DNA from: Candidatus Woesebacteria bacterium UBA5941
GTDB lineage: Bacteria > Patescibacteriota > Microgenomatia > UBA8517
Reading direction: 5' to 3'
Assembly (NCBI GenBank): GCA_002430735.1
Contig: DJCV01000012.1
Coordinates: forward strand, 1,390 to 65,389
Length of the DNA: 64,000 bases
The position numbers and the translations under genes were made by a program. The notes beneath the pieces are model-generated. The model was not told where the DNA came from, made no database searches, and saw only the letters and a program-made list of their open reading frames with translations. Numbering within the stretch: position 1 is the first letter of the stretch; every line of letters starts with the position of its first letter. Shown piece by piece: positions 55,848 through 64,000 of this stretch.

Positions 55848-57005
55848 GTGTACAAAACATCTTCAAGTGGAGACCGAGTTTTTTTTGGCTTAACAATATT
55901 ACTCACAATTCTGGGACTCTTAAGTGTTGCCAATACTTCAGCTCCTCTCGCGGTTACTGTATTTAATGACCCGCTTTTCTTTGTAAAGCAACAAGTCGTA
56001 TGGGCAATTCTTGGTTTTATTGCGTTGATTGCTGCATACATGACGCCATATACCTTGTGGAAAAAGTTTGCCCCGCACATCTTTGTTGGTACGGTGATTC
56101 TGCTAATACTCGTTCTTATTCCAGGATTTGGTTCAAAGCTCTTGGGTGCACGACGTTGGCTCTCAATTGGCCCGGCATCGTTTCAACCCTCAGAATTCAT
56201 TAAACTCGCACTCGCACTCTTCTTTGCATGGCTCTCTGAGCGAAATGCTCCGATTAAATATTATGCATGGACCTTAGCAGTTGTGTCTGGCCTTGTGATG
56301 TTACAACCAGACTTGGGAACGACGATTACGATTGTTACGATGGGTTTTATTCAAATGTTTATAACCGGCTTCCCACTGCTCACACTAGGGATTTTTGGCG
56401 GAGCAGGCGCAATTTCAGCATTGGTGTTAATTTTAACTTCCGGATATAGACGAGCACGCCTTATCTCGTTCTTCTCGCATGAAACTGATCCAAATGGGAC
56501 GAGCTATCACGTTCGCCAAATTGTGCTTGCATTAGGTTCAGGTGGCTTATTTGGAGTGGGTTTGGGGCAATCTAAACAAAAGCAACTTTTTTTGCCTGAG
56601 ACCGCGACTGACTCAGTCTTTGCAGTTATAGCTGAAGAGCTCGGCTTTATTGGGGCATTAGCATTAATTCTACTTCTAAGCTATTTCTGCTTGCGGGCGC
56701 TTAAAATATCGAAAAACGCGCCTGATAAATTCTCTCAAATTTTAAGTGCTGGTATTGCAGTGTGGTTAGGTGGGCAGATGTTTTTAAATATTGCATCCAT
56801 GGTGTCACTAACGCCACTCACGGGAATACCTCTCCCATTTTTTAGTTATGGGGGAAGCTCCCTTACCATGATTCTGCTTTCGGTTGGTATACTATTACAG
56901 ATTTCACGACATGGAGCATATCAAGAACCCAGTTCACATCTTGCTGACCGGAGGGCACGCCGCCACCACAGCCCTCGCTACCATCCAAGCATTAAAAAAA
57001 GATAA
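55848..57005 (+). CDS. ftsW: SEDS-family peptidoglycan glycosyltransferase FtsW
   Basis: ORF track frame 55812 (TTG); GTG 55848 follows the mraY stop; TDSVFAVIAEELGFIGA and polytopic SEDS architecture. Confidence 0.75.
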   Translation: MYKTSSSGDRVFFGLTILLTILGLLSVANTSAPLAVTVFNDPLFFVKQQVVWAILGFIALIAAYMTPYTLWKKFAPHIFVGTVILLILVLIPGFGSKLLGARRWLSIGPASFQPSEFIKLALALFFAWLSERNAPIKYYAWTLAVVSGLVMLQPDLGTTITIVTMGFIQMFITGFPLLTLGIFGGAGAISALVLILTSGYRRARLISFFSHETDPNGTSYHVRQIVLALGSGGLFGVGLGQSKQKQLFLPETATDSVFAVIAEELGFIGALALILLLSYFCLRALKISKNAPDKFSQILSAGIAVWLGGQMFLNIASMVSLTPLTGIPLPFFSYGGSSLTMILLSVGILLQISRHGAYQEPSSHLADRRARRHHSPRYHPSIKKR

Positions 57006-58026
57006 AGATCATAACTGGTCAATTAGTTGGGTTGGTCCTAAAAAGGCCGTAGAAAGTAGTGGTATCGCGCCTTTTGAATTAAAACTGTTTCCTACACTCA
57101 ATGTATCTGTCTACTCAATTATCTCAGGAAAATTGCAGAGTAAATTCACAAGACACACAATCCCTGCACTCTTTAAGATACCCATTAGCTTTGTGCAGGC
57201 ATTCTATTACATATTGAAAATCCGTCCACAGATCGTTGTTTCCTTTGGAGGATCTGTGGCTCTTCCCATTGTGATTGTCTCATGGCTTTTAAGGATTCCT
57301 GTTATTGTTCATGAACAAACGGTTGCGGCAGGGCTTTCAAACACGGTTGCGAGTTACTTTGCTCGAAAAGTGACGCTTGCGCGCGCTGATAGTCTGTCTT
57401 ACTTTAACCCACAGAAAACAATTGTTGTGGGAAATCCTCTTATCGACGAAGTGTTAACCGTTAAGAGGCAGAATGTGCTTAAAAAGCCGACTGTGTATGT
57501 AACAGGCGGATCTCGCGGTGCACAGCGAGTGAATACGGTTATCTTTGCTGCATTACCTGAGCTTTTGAAGCATTTTCGAGTCATTCACCAAACCGGGGTA
57601 TTTGATTTTGAAAAAGCAAAATCGCTTAAATCACTGTTGTCTCTCGAAGAGCAAGAACGCTATGAAATCCATTCATTTATTAATCCGTTAGAAATCGGAA
57701 CTATTTTTCAGAAGACGACTATATTAATAGGACGCGCAGGGGCAAATACCGTAGGCGAGACAATCGCTTTGGCAATACCGAGCATTTTTATTCCAATCCC
57801 GTGGAGTAGACATGATGAGCAAACCAAAAATGCGCGCTTTGCAGAAAAGTTGGGAATTGCAACGGTTCTTCCTGAGTCGCAATTGTCGGTCGAATCATTG
57901 GTAAAGGCAGTCAGTGAGACAATGAAGAAGTGGAATGTGATGACTGCACATGGAAAACAGTCGGCACATATTGATCGAGATGCGAGTAAACTGCTCGTTT
58001 CTGTAATCGTTCAAGAACTCTCATGA
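56911..58026 (+). CDS. murG: Undecaprenyldiphospho-muramoylpentapeptide beta-N-acetylglucosaminyltransferase MurG
   Basis: ATG 56911 in ORF-track frame 56884; HILLTGGHAATT glycine loop; C-terminal GRAGANTVGETIALAIPSIFIPIPW...DEQTKNARF (GT28). Confidence 0.7.
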   Translation: MEHIKNPVHILLTGGHAATTALATIQALKKDKDHNWSISWVGPKKAVESSGIAPFELKLFPTLNVSVYSIISGKLQSKFTRHTIPALFKIPISFVQAFYYILKIRPQIVVSFGGSVALPIVIVSWLLRIPVIVHEQTVAAGLSNTVASYFARKVTLARADSLSYFNPQKTIVVGNPLIDEVLTVKRQNVLKKPTVYVTGGSRGAQRVNTVIFAALPELLKHFRVIHQTGVFDFEKAKSLKSLLSLEEQERYEIHSFINPLEIGTIFQKTTILIGRAGANTVGETIALAIPSIFIPIPWSRHDEQTKNARFAEKLGIATVLPESQLSVESLVKAVSETMKKWNVMTAHGKQSAHIDRDASKLLVSVIVQELS

Positions 58027-58700
58027 AGCGGAAGAAAATATTTGTAGCGATTGGAATTCTTGGGACAATACTTCTTATTGGATCTCTCTTTTTACTCAAA
58101 GTGAGAAGCGTGAGCTGCAGCACAACAACAAACGTTCCATGTCCTTCTGTCATTGAAACTGATTTACTTCGATTAGAAGGAATGCCACTATTACGATATG
58201 CTCCATCACTAAAGCAGATAGTCACACGCTCCGAAGTAAAAAAGTATACAACGCGCATTAGTCCACTGGGATCGCTTGCAGTAACGCTCACCCTCAGAGA
58301 TCCCGTTATTGCATTTAAAGCAAGTGGAGCAGAAGTTTCGACACTGTACACTGAGGATGGTACTGTTGTTGGCGAGTCGACGGCAACGGACCTCCCCACT
58401 ATTGCGATTGTTGAGCAAGTCGAAAAGGAAAATATTCCGTTTTTGGCACAATTTGGATATGAACTTTCGAGAACGTTTTCAGTGAATACCTTTATAGTGA
58501 CCGGTACTGCCCTTGAAGTGAATCTTTCTGATGGGCGAAAGTTGTTTTATCCCCTCTCAGGGGATATCGATGTTCTGCTTGGCGCATCACTCTTAACGTT
58601 TTCACAGTTGAACCGCGACGAAGGAAAACTTATGATAAATGGTGAACCGACAGCGGTGAAGGAAATCGACTTCCGATTTAAAAATCCGGTTTTGCGATAG
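58023..58700 (+). CDS. ftsQ: Cell division protein FtsQ/DivIB-like
   Basis: Single N-terminal TM (IFVAIGILGTILLIGSLFLL) then periplasmic domain; syntenic position before ftsA. Confidence 0.5.
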   Translation: MKRKKIFVAIGILGTILLIGSLFLLKVRSVSCSTTTNVPCPSVIETDLLRLEGMPLLRYAPSLKQIVTRSEVKKYTTRISPLGSLAVTLTLRDPVIAFKASGAEVSTLYTEDGTVVGESTATDLPTIAIVEQVEKENIPFLAQFGYELSRTFSVNTFIVTGTALEVNLSDGRKLFYPLSGDIDVLLGASLLTFSQLNRDEGKLMINGEPTAVKEIDFRFKNPVLR

Positions 58701-58717
58701 TGTGATACATTAAACTC

Positions 58718-60007
58718 ATGGCTAAACAGAAAATTGTTGCAGGAATTGATATAGGATCAAGTAAAATTACGACACTTATTTCTCAAGTGTCTATTGAACC
58801 ATTGACGTACGAAACTTCAGTGTCCATTGTTGGTGTCTCAAATACACCAAGCAGAGGCGTAAAAAAGGGACAAATCGTAAACATTGAGGAGGCTGTTGAG
58901 TCTATTATCGCTTCAGTTGAAGCAGCCGAACGTATGGCTGGATACAATTTAGATTCAGCTTTTATTTCAGTAGGTGGTGCGCATGTGGCATCTCAAAATT
59001 CAACAGGAGTTGTAGCTGTTTCCGATCCAAGTGGGGAAGTAAATGCAGCTGATGTTACTCGAGTCATTTCAGCCGCTCGTGCGATCTCTGTTCCTGCGGC
59101 ACGACAGGTAGTTCATGTGTTACCACGCGAATTTATGGTAGATGGTGAGCGGGGAGTTCGGGATCCCGTTGGAATGAGTGGGGTTAGATTAGAAGTTGAT
59201 ACTCATTTAATTACAGTTAGTACTGCTGCGCTTAAAAATGTATCAAAAGCAGTGAACGAGGTTGGGGTTAAGATTAATGACACGGTCTTTAGCGCATTAG
59301 CCTCAGCATATGCAACGCTCTCTGATACTGAAAAAGAATTAGGGTGTGTTTTAATTGATATTGGCGCAGGCACTACATCTATTGCTGCATATGTCGACGG
59401 TGCGCTCGCGTATTCAGGAGCTCTTCCTGTTGGTGCTCGAAACGTGACAAACGATTTGGCAATTGGACTCCGCGTTTCATTGGATACTGCAGAAAACATA
59501 AAGCTCATGCTTTCTGATCGAAATAATATTGAACGTCCGCGTATTGCAGGGAAAGATTCAAAGCATGAGCAGATTGAAATTTCAGAGACAGGATCCTCTG
59601 AAGTGAAGAAAGTGGCCAAGAGAACACTAACGGAAGGGATCATAAAACCACGCTTGAATGAAATATTTAGTATGGTTCGCGCAGAACTTGAACGGGCAGG
59701 GATTGTTCATAAAATTCCGTCCGGTGCCATTTTAACAGGCGGTGGTGCGTTGACTGTGGGAGCAGAAGATGCGGCACGAAAAGTACTTTCAGTTCCAGTT
59801 CGGGTTGCTTCTCCTGGCGGCGTTTCTGGTCTTATTGATGATATTTTGAGCCCACAGTATGCAACAGCTGTCGGATTAATCTTGTACGGAGTGCGCATGT
59901 CTCCAGAAAGTGCTCAGACCAATTCTTTCTCAGCTTCAAAGATGAAGTTGCCAAATACAAAAATATTTACTAGACTGGTAGAATCAATCCGAGATTTACT
60001 GCCGTAA
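58718..60007 (+). CDS. ftsA: Cell division protein FtsA
   Basis: VAGIDIGSSKITTLI actin-fold phosphate-1 motif, LIDIGAGTTSIA phosphate-2. Confidence 0.85.
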   Translation: MAKQKIVAGIDIGSSKITTLISQVSIEPLTYETSVSIVGVSNTPSRGVKKGQIVNIEEAVESIIASVEAAERMAGYNLDSAFISVGGAHVASQNSTGVVAVSDPSGEVNAADVTRVISAARAISVPAARQVVHVLPREFMVDGERGVRDPVGMSGVRLEVDTHLITVSTAALKNVSKAVNEVGVKINDTVFSALASAYATLSDTEKELGCVLIDIGAGTTSIAAYVDGALAYSGALPVGARNVTNDLAIGLRVSLDTAENIKLMLSDRNNIERPRIAGKDSKHEQIEISETGSSEVKKVAKRTLTEGIIKPRLNEIFSMVRAELERAGIVHKIPSGAILTGGGALTVGAEDAARKVLSVPVRVASPGGVSGLIDDILSPQYATAVGLILYGVRMSPESAQTNSFSASKMKLPNTKIFTRLVESIRDLLP

Positions 60008-60046
60008 ATCTTTCTGCTACACTGCCCGTAGTGATACGTACACACT

Positions 60047-61237
60047 ATGGCGCTTGTTAAACCTGACGCAAGTCGAATTGCAAAAATCAAAGTTATTGGA
60101 GTTGGTGGTGGTGGTGGAAATGCCGTCGCTTCAATGGTTGAAGGAAACACTATTGCTGGTGTTGAATTTATCGTCGTCAATACTGACGCACAAGTACTTC
60201 TTGATAATACAGCTACTACAAAACTTCAAATTGGTGAAAAGCTAACTCGTGGACTCGGTGTCGGGGGAAATCCAGAAGTTGGATCTCAAGCAGCAGAAGA
60301 ATCCCAAGAAAAAATCAAAGAACTCCTTCAAGACTCAGATATGGTCTTTATCACTGCAGGTATGGGTGGTGGAACCGGAACCGGTGCGTCTCCAATTGTT
60401 GCGCGCTTAGCGAAAGAGGTAGGTGCATTGACTGTTGGTATTGTCACAAAGCCATTTGCATTTGAAGGTGCACGACGTGCTAACAATGCGGAAGATGGAA
60501 TCGATCGATTACGCGATGAAGTTGACACGTTGATTGTTATTCCAAATCAACGACTTATGGATGTGGTTGATCGAAAGATGACCTTAGTTGAAGCATTCAA
60601 GATTGTTGATGGCGTTTTGGGTCAAGCAGTGACAGGTATCGCTGAAATTATCACAACTCCTGGACTTGTGAACGTTGACTTTGCTGACGTAAAGACCATC
60701 ATGAAAGACGCTGGAACGGCTTTATTGGGTATTGGAGTTGGTGTTGGAGAAAACAGAGCTCAAATGGCTGCTCGAGCTGCTATCAGTTCACCACTTCTTG
60801 ACCTTTCAATCGATGGAGCTCGTGGAGTGCTCTTTAATGTAACCGGTGGATCTGACTTAACGATGTATGAACTTGATGAGGCTGCACGCATCATTAGTAG
60901 TGCAGCAGACCCAGATGCAAACGTTATTTTTGGATCTGTTATTAAGACCGATATGTCAGATCAGGTGAGAATTACCGTTGTTGCAACTGGATTTGATGAA
61001 ACACAAGCTCGATTGACTAAGTTTGGTCGCCCTGTTGAGCCACAACGAATGGAAGGCATGGTCGGGGATCCTCGCCCAACGGTGAGCGCAAGCGAACCAC
61101 AGGAAGAACGACAACAAGAAGAGCAACCACGCTCAGTTTTCAGTAACCAACAGCCAGTAAATCAAGCTCAGCCTGAAGAAAAGGATGAATTTGGGGATGA
61201 TTTTGAAATCCCAGCCTTCTTACGCAAGGTGCATTAA
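60047..61237 (+). CDS. ftsZ: Cell division GTPase FtsZ
   Basis: [14 protein letters not shown], tubulin signature [10 protein letters not shown], conserved C-terminal peptide [11 protein letters not shown]. Confidence 0.9.
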   Translation: MALVKPDASRIAKIKVIGVGGGGGNAVASMVEGNTIAGVEFIVVNTDAQVLLDNTATTKLQIGEKLTRGLGVGGNPEVGSQAAEESQEKIKELLQDSDMVFITAGMGGGTGTGASPIVARLAKEVGALTVGIVTKPFAFEGARRANNAEDGIDRLRDEVDTLIVIPNQRLMDVVDRKMTLVEAFKIVDGVLGQAVTGIAEIITTPGLVNVDFADVKTIMKDAGTALLGIGVGVGENRAQMAARAAISSPLLDLSIDGARGVLFNVTGGSDLTMYELDEAARIISSAADPDANVIFGSVIKTDMSDQVRITVVATGFDETQARLTKFGRPVEPQRMEGMVGDPRPTVSASEPQEERQQEEQPRSVFSNQQPVNQAQPEEKDEFGDDFEIPAFLRKVH

Positions 61238-61250
61238 CACCTATAATACT

Positions 61251-61278
61251 TGACAAACAGAGTAGTTCTGCTATACTG
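61251..61278 (+). promoter_or_regulatory. Near-consensus sigma70-type promoter TTGACA-16-TATACT
   Basis: TTGACA 61251-61256, TATACT 61273-61278, 16-nt spacer, 14 bp after ftsZ stop. Confidence 0.55.
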
Positions 61279-61284
61279 CTTTCA

Positions 61285-61851
61285 ACTCGTTACACATTAA
61301 CGAGCTTGATGCGTCCCGCTCTGTGGGATGCCTGCTTGAAAGACAATTTGCGTTTTTACCTAGCGAGCACTGTGTTTAAGTACACACCACTTGCGGGACG
61401 CTATCATTTTGCTCATTACACAATCATTCGTTGTGGCAACCTAAAAGGATATACCTTTTTGTATCTTTCTAGTTTGCCATTCAACACGGTCATCCGTTAA
61501 TCTGGTCCCCCTCAGGGACCCCCACCAGATTATCCGGAACCCTGAAAACTCATCCTTTAGCGCTGAGGTGTAGGCTACCATGGATGGATGAGTGAGACTT
61601 GATACCGCGGCGATGGATCATACCAGTGCACAATGTGTACGTATGGGGTCCGTCTAGGTGCGGGCGGTATTCCCAGAGCACTGGTACTAGTCTCATGTTG
61701 ATGGCGGGCCCACGTTGGATGGGAGTAGCGTAAGCGACCCTGCTCCCAAACACGGGGTGTTCTTTTAAATAGGTCCAAGGAGGTGACTCATTGGACAATG
61801 AATATTAAAAGGGGTGAAGCGTTAAAAACTTCACCCCTTATTTACCCTTTT
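61285..61851 (+). ncRNA. Candidate structured non-coding RNA of about 560 nt with GC-rich 3' half, ending at intrinsic terminator
   Basis: Follows promoter; 5' hairpin CTCGTTA-cacat-TAACGAG; long-range perfect 9-bp pairing GCGTCCCGC (61311) with GCGGGACGC (61394); 61501-61680 is 55-57% GC by hand count against a visibly AT-rich background; ends at hairpin GGGGTGAAG-N9-CTTCACCCC plus TTATTT; no convincing ORF. Confidence 0.4.
61811..61851 (+). terminator. Intrinsic terminator (9-bp GC-rich stem plus interrupted T-tract)
   Basis: GGGGTGAAG 61811-61819, loop cgttaaaaa, CTTCACCCC 61829-61837, then TTATTTACCCTTTT. Confidence 0.55.
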
Positions 61852-62182
61852 GACCTTCGTAAACAGGGCACCTATCTGGTGCCCTCTTTAAGGAGGCCAA
61901 TCCGTTCAAAAGCACATCTAAATTGTTAGAAAAGAACTTTTGAAAGAGACAGGCATTGTGCCAACAGATTGTTGCCTCCTTTCCTTAAATAATTACTCGC
62001 ACATAGTTGCGAATAAAAGAGACAGTAAGACATTTGGGATGTCAGAGCGGTACCAATACCGCGCGCGCGTGTCTTACCGGTCGGTATGTGAATGGGAGAA
62101 ATCCCCCCTTTACGAGGCGACAGACCCAGTCGCCTCTTTTTTATGGCCAAAAAATAAGAAACAGTGTAAAATACGCTCACAG
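61852..62182 (+). promoter_or_regulatory. ileS 5' leader of about 330 nt, riboswitch/attenuator-like (possibly a divergent T-box)
   Basis: Second hairpin GGGCACC-tatct-GGTGCCC; AGAGA-containing helix GAAAGAGACAGGCA...TGCCTCCTTTCC; CGGTACC...TACCGCGCG resembling T-box core GGGUGGUACCGCG; alternative pairings CGGTACC/TACCGGTCGGTA; terminator immediately before ileS. Confidence 0.35.
62115..62142 (+). terminator. Strong intrinsic terminator/attenuator 41 nt upstream of ileS start
   Basis: GAGGCGAC 62115-62122, loop agaccca, GTCGCCTC 62129-62136, then TTTTTT 62137-62142. Confidence 0.7.
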
Positions 62183-64000
62183 ATGTCTACTAAATCTTCA
62201 TTTAAGCCTGTTGACCTGCAAGTGAATTTTCCTGAAATGGAAAAAACGCTCTTGTCCCATTGGTATGACTCAGGAATTGTGAATAAATATCTTCATAAAA
62301 ACGACGAATCAGAGAAGTATTTCTCATTTCTCGATGGACCGATCACTGCAAATAACCCAATGGGTGTACACCATGCGTGGGGGAGGACGTATAAGGACTT
62401 ATGGCAAAAGTACCACAACATGAAAGGATACAAACAGAGATTTCAAAATGGATTCGACTGCCAAGGTCTCTGGGTTGAAGTAGAAGTTGAGAAAGAATTG
62501 GGTCTTCATAACAAAAAAGATATTGAAAACTTGGTTCCAAATGACAAAAAGGAAAGTATCGCTAAATTTATTACTCTCTGCAAAGAGCGAGTCTTAAAGT
62601 TTTCTGGTATTCAAACTGAACAAACGAAACGTCTTGGTAACTTCATGGATTGGGAAAATTCATACTTCACGATGTCCGCTGAAAACAATTACATGATTTG
62701 GCATTTCTTGAAAAAATGTCATGAACGTGGGCTTATTTACAAAGGCCATGACTCAGTTCCGTGGTGCCCACGCTGTGGTACTGCAATTTCTCAACATGAA
62801 ATGCTCACTGAAGATTACAAAGAGGCGGTTCACGAATCAGCATTCTTGGCGCTTCCTGTAACGAATGAAAACTATTCATTACTTGTGTGGACCACAACTC
62901 CATGGACAATTCCTGCAAACGTCGCTGTCGCGGTGCACCCTAATTGGACATATCAGGTGTGGGAAAACACAGAAACGAAAGCAAGAATTGTTTTACTCGA
63001 TAGTGGTGATTGGGAAGGGTCAGTGGATATTGCAAAACGTGTGTTTGGCTTCGTAAAAGGGGACTGGACCAAAGGAGAGACGATAAAAGGTTCAGAGTTA
63101 CTCGGAAAGAAGTACCGAGGTCCGTATGACCATGTAGACGCTGTAGCGAAAGCACAAAAGGAACATCCAGAGACATTTCATACTGTTATTGCGGCCAAAG
63201 ATTTAGTGACTCCTCATGAAGGAACAGGCTTAGTTCATATAGCTCCTGGTGCAGGAACAGAAGATTTTGCGTTAGGAAAAGAATTTAATCTGCCAGTTGT
63301 TGCACCAATTGATGAAGAAGCGAGCTATGTGGATGGATTTGGAGAGCTTTCAGGACAAAATGCAAAAAAACATCCTGAAATTATCCTCGATTACTTGAAA
63401 ACGACTGAATTTTTCGTTGCATCTCACCAATACAAACACCGCTATCCAGCATGTTGGCGATGTAAGACTGAGCTTGTGTGGCGCGTTGTTGACGAATGGT
63501 ACATCGGAATGGACATCGGAACCCCGTCGCTTCGAGAAGACATGATTGAGGTTGCAAAGAAAATCACTTGGATGCCAGAATTTGGACTGAAACGAGAGCT
63601 TGATTGGCTTGCAAATATGCACGATTGGCTCATTTCGAAAAAACGGTATTGGGGACTTGCCCTTCCAATTTGGGTATGTGGATCCTGCGATCACTTCGAA
63701 GTTATAAGCGGCAAAGAAGAGTTAAAAGAAAAAGCGATGAGTGGATGGGAAGAATTCGAAGGGAATACGCCTCATAGGCCATGGATCGATCAGGTAACTA
63801 TCAAATGTAGCAAGTGTGGAGGGGAAGCGCACCGTATTCCTGACGTTGGAAATCCGTGGCTTGATGCAGGGATTGTTCCCTACTCAACTATTATGAAAGA
63901 AAACACGGGAGATCCGTTATATCTCACTAATAGAGCAGAATGGGAAAAGTGGTTCCCGATTGATTTCATCACAGAAAGTTTCCCTGGACAGTTTAAAAAC
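62183..64000 (+). CDS. ileS: Isoleucine--tRNA ligase (N-terminal about 600 aa; runs off window end)
   Basis: Hand translation from ATG 62183: MSTKSSFKPVDLQVNFPEMEKTLLSHWYDSG...FLDGPITANNPMGVHHAWGRTYKD...WTTTPWTIPANVAVAVHP...PIDFITES; open to window end; not in ORF track because it has no stop in window. Confidence 0.75.
   Translation, partial: MSTKSSFKPVDLQVNFPEMEKTLLSHWYDSGIVNKYLHKNDESEKYFSFLDGPITANNPMGVHHAWGRTYKDLWQKYHNMKGYKQRFQNGFDCQGLWVEVEVEKELGLHNKKDIENLVPNDKKESIAKFITLCKERVLKFSGIQTEQTKRLGNFMDWENSYFTMSAENNYMIWHFLKKCHERGLIYKGHDSVPWCPRCGTAISQHEMLTEDYKEAVHESAFLALPVTNENYSLLVWTTTPWTIPANVAVAVHPNWTYQVWENTETKARIVLLDSGDWEGSVDIAKRVFGFVKGDWTKGETIKGSELLGKKYRGPYDHVDAVAKAQKEHPETFHTVIAAKDLVTPHEGTGLVHIAPGAGTEDFALGKEFNLPVVAPIDEEASYVDGFGELSGQNAKKHPEIILDYLKTTEFFVASHQYKHRYPACWRCKTELVWRVVDEWYIGMDIGTPSLREDMIEVAKKITWMPEFGLKRELDWLANMHDWLISKKRYWGLALPIWVCGSCDHFEVISGKEELKEKAMSGWEEFEGNTPHRPWIDQVTIKCSKCGGEAHRIPDVGNPWLDAGIVPYSTIMKENTGDPLYLTNRAEWEKWFPIDFITESFPGQFKN

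Noticed and set aside
59203-59643. 146-aa minus-strand ORF
   Set aside because: Antisense to ftsA
61306-61798. Small ORFs in the ftsZ-ileS spacer (61306-61500 +, 61550-61798 -, 61575-61778 -)
   Set aside because: No RBS or start context, non-protein-like composition; they fall in a GC-rich region better explained as structured RNA
61285-61851. Identification of the candidate ncRNA as RNase P RNA, tmRNA or SRP RNA
   Set aside because: Looked for P4 strands (GGAAAGUCC / CCGGCUUA), the tmRNA tRNA-like 3' end (GGUUCGA.UCC...CCA) and the SRP domain IV (GGAAGCAGC) on both strands and found none; left unassigned
61798-61950. 50-aa ORF with AAGGAGGTG 12 nt upstream of ATG
   Set aside because: Reading frame runs through two terminator hairpins; product not protein-like or Ile-rich, so neither a gene nor an obvious leader peptide. 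The RBS-like sequence may still matter for ribosome loading.
61926-62225. ORFs 61926-62180 (-) and 62007-62225 (+)
   Set aside because: Overlap the ileS leader/terminator and ileS start; no coding support
1-64000. CRISPR arrays, rRNA, tRNA genes
   Set aside because: No regularly spaced direct repeats, no rRNA-like conserved stretches, and no cloverleaf-compatible sequence noticed in intergenic regions over 70 nt; a proper tRNAscan could still find something I missed

Overview
This is an AT-rich bacterial chromosomal window; I did not compute GC content. It has three parts.

**1. Positions 1 to about 36.3 kb: glycan-assembly supercluster.** A block of about 35 tightly packed genes lies almost entirely on the + strand, and many junctions overlap by 4 nt (ATGA). 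By my count it holds:
- 8 GT-A/GT2-type glycosyltransferases, two of them DPM1-like polyprenyl-phosphate sugar synthases
- 7 GT4 (GT-B) enzymes
- 7 polytopic membrane proteins that I read as GT-C-type candidates. Four are a diverged paralog family of 690-900 aa sharing internal and C-terminal motifs, and two are PMT/ArnT-like.
- 7 SAM methyltransferases, one FkbM-type
- a hexapeptide acetyltransferase, an O-antigen-ligase/Wzy-like protein and a mannose-1-phosphate guanylyltransferase

The methyltransferases and the large GT-C-like paralogs alternate in a modular pattern. I read this as the biosynthesis locus of a large, heavily modified (methylated, acetylated, mannose-containing) surface glycan or glycoconjugate. 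This is my best candidate for an undescribed system.

**2. About 36.3 to 42.6 kb: housekeeping genes.** These are a DUF4012-like exported protein, a short RecO, a Zn-ribbon/coiled-coil protein, a small divergent ORF, glyQS and a secreted protein. A gene remnant sits upstream of mraZ.

**3. About 42.9 to 61.2 kb: rearranged dcw (division/cell-wall) cluster.** The order is mraZ-rsmH-ftsL-ftsI-ddl-[murF-like, hydrolase: minus strand]-murE-[helicase, hypothetical, murD: minus strand]-mraY-ftsW-murG-ftsQ-ftsA-ftsZ.
- The mraZ promoter carries three TGGTGA direct repeats with a 10-bp period (MraZ-box-like) and a 9-bp-arm palindrome.
- The murF-like ligase has an N-terminal transmembrane hairpin in place of the usual N-terminal domain, and overlaps an alpha/beta hydrolase gene.
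- A two-gene module (unknown 224-aa protein plus a standalone PIF1/RecD-like SF1 helicase) sits between murE and murD. It has its own near-consensus promoter and a 260-nt leader containing a 12-bp perfect inverted repeat.

Between ftsZ and a truncated ileS lies a 946-bp non-coding region. It contains a near-consensus sigma70-type promoter, a roughly 560-nt GC-rich candidate structured RNA ending in an intrinsic terminator, and a roughly 300-nt ileS leader with a strong terminator/attenuator (possibly T-box-like).

I found no CRISPR array, rRNA, obvious tRNA, or transposase/integrase. All family assignments rest on motif recognition by eye; I ran no database searches.
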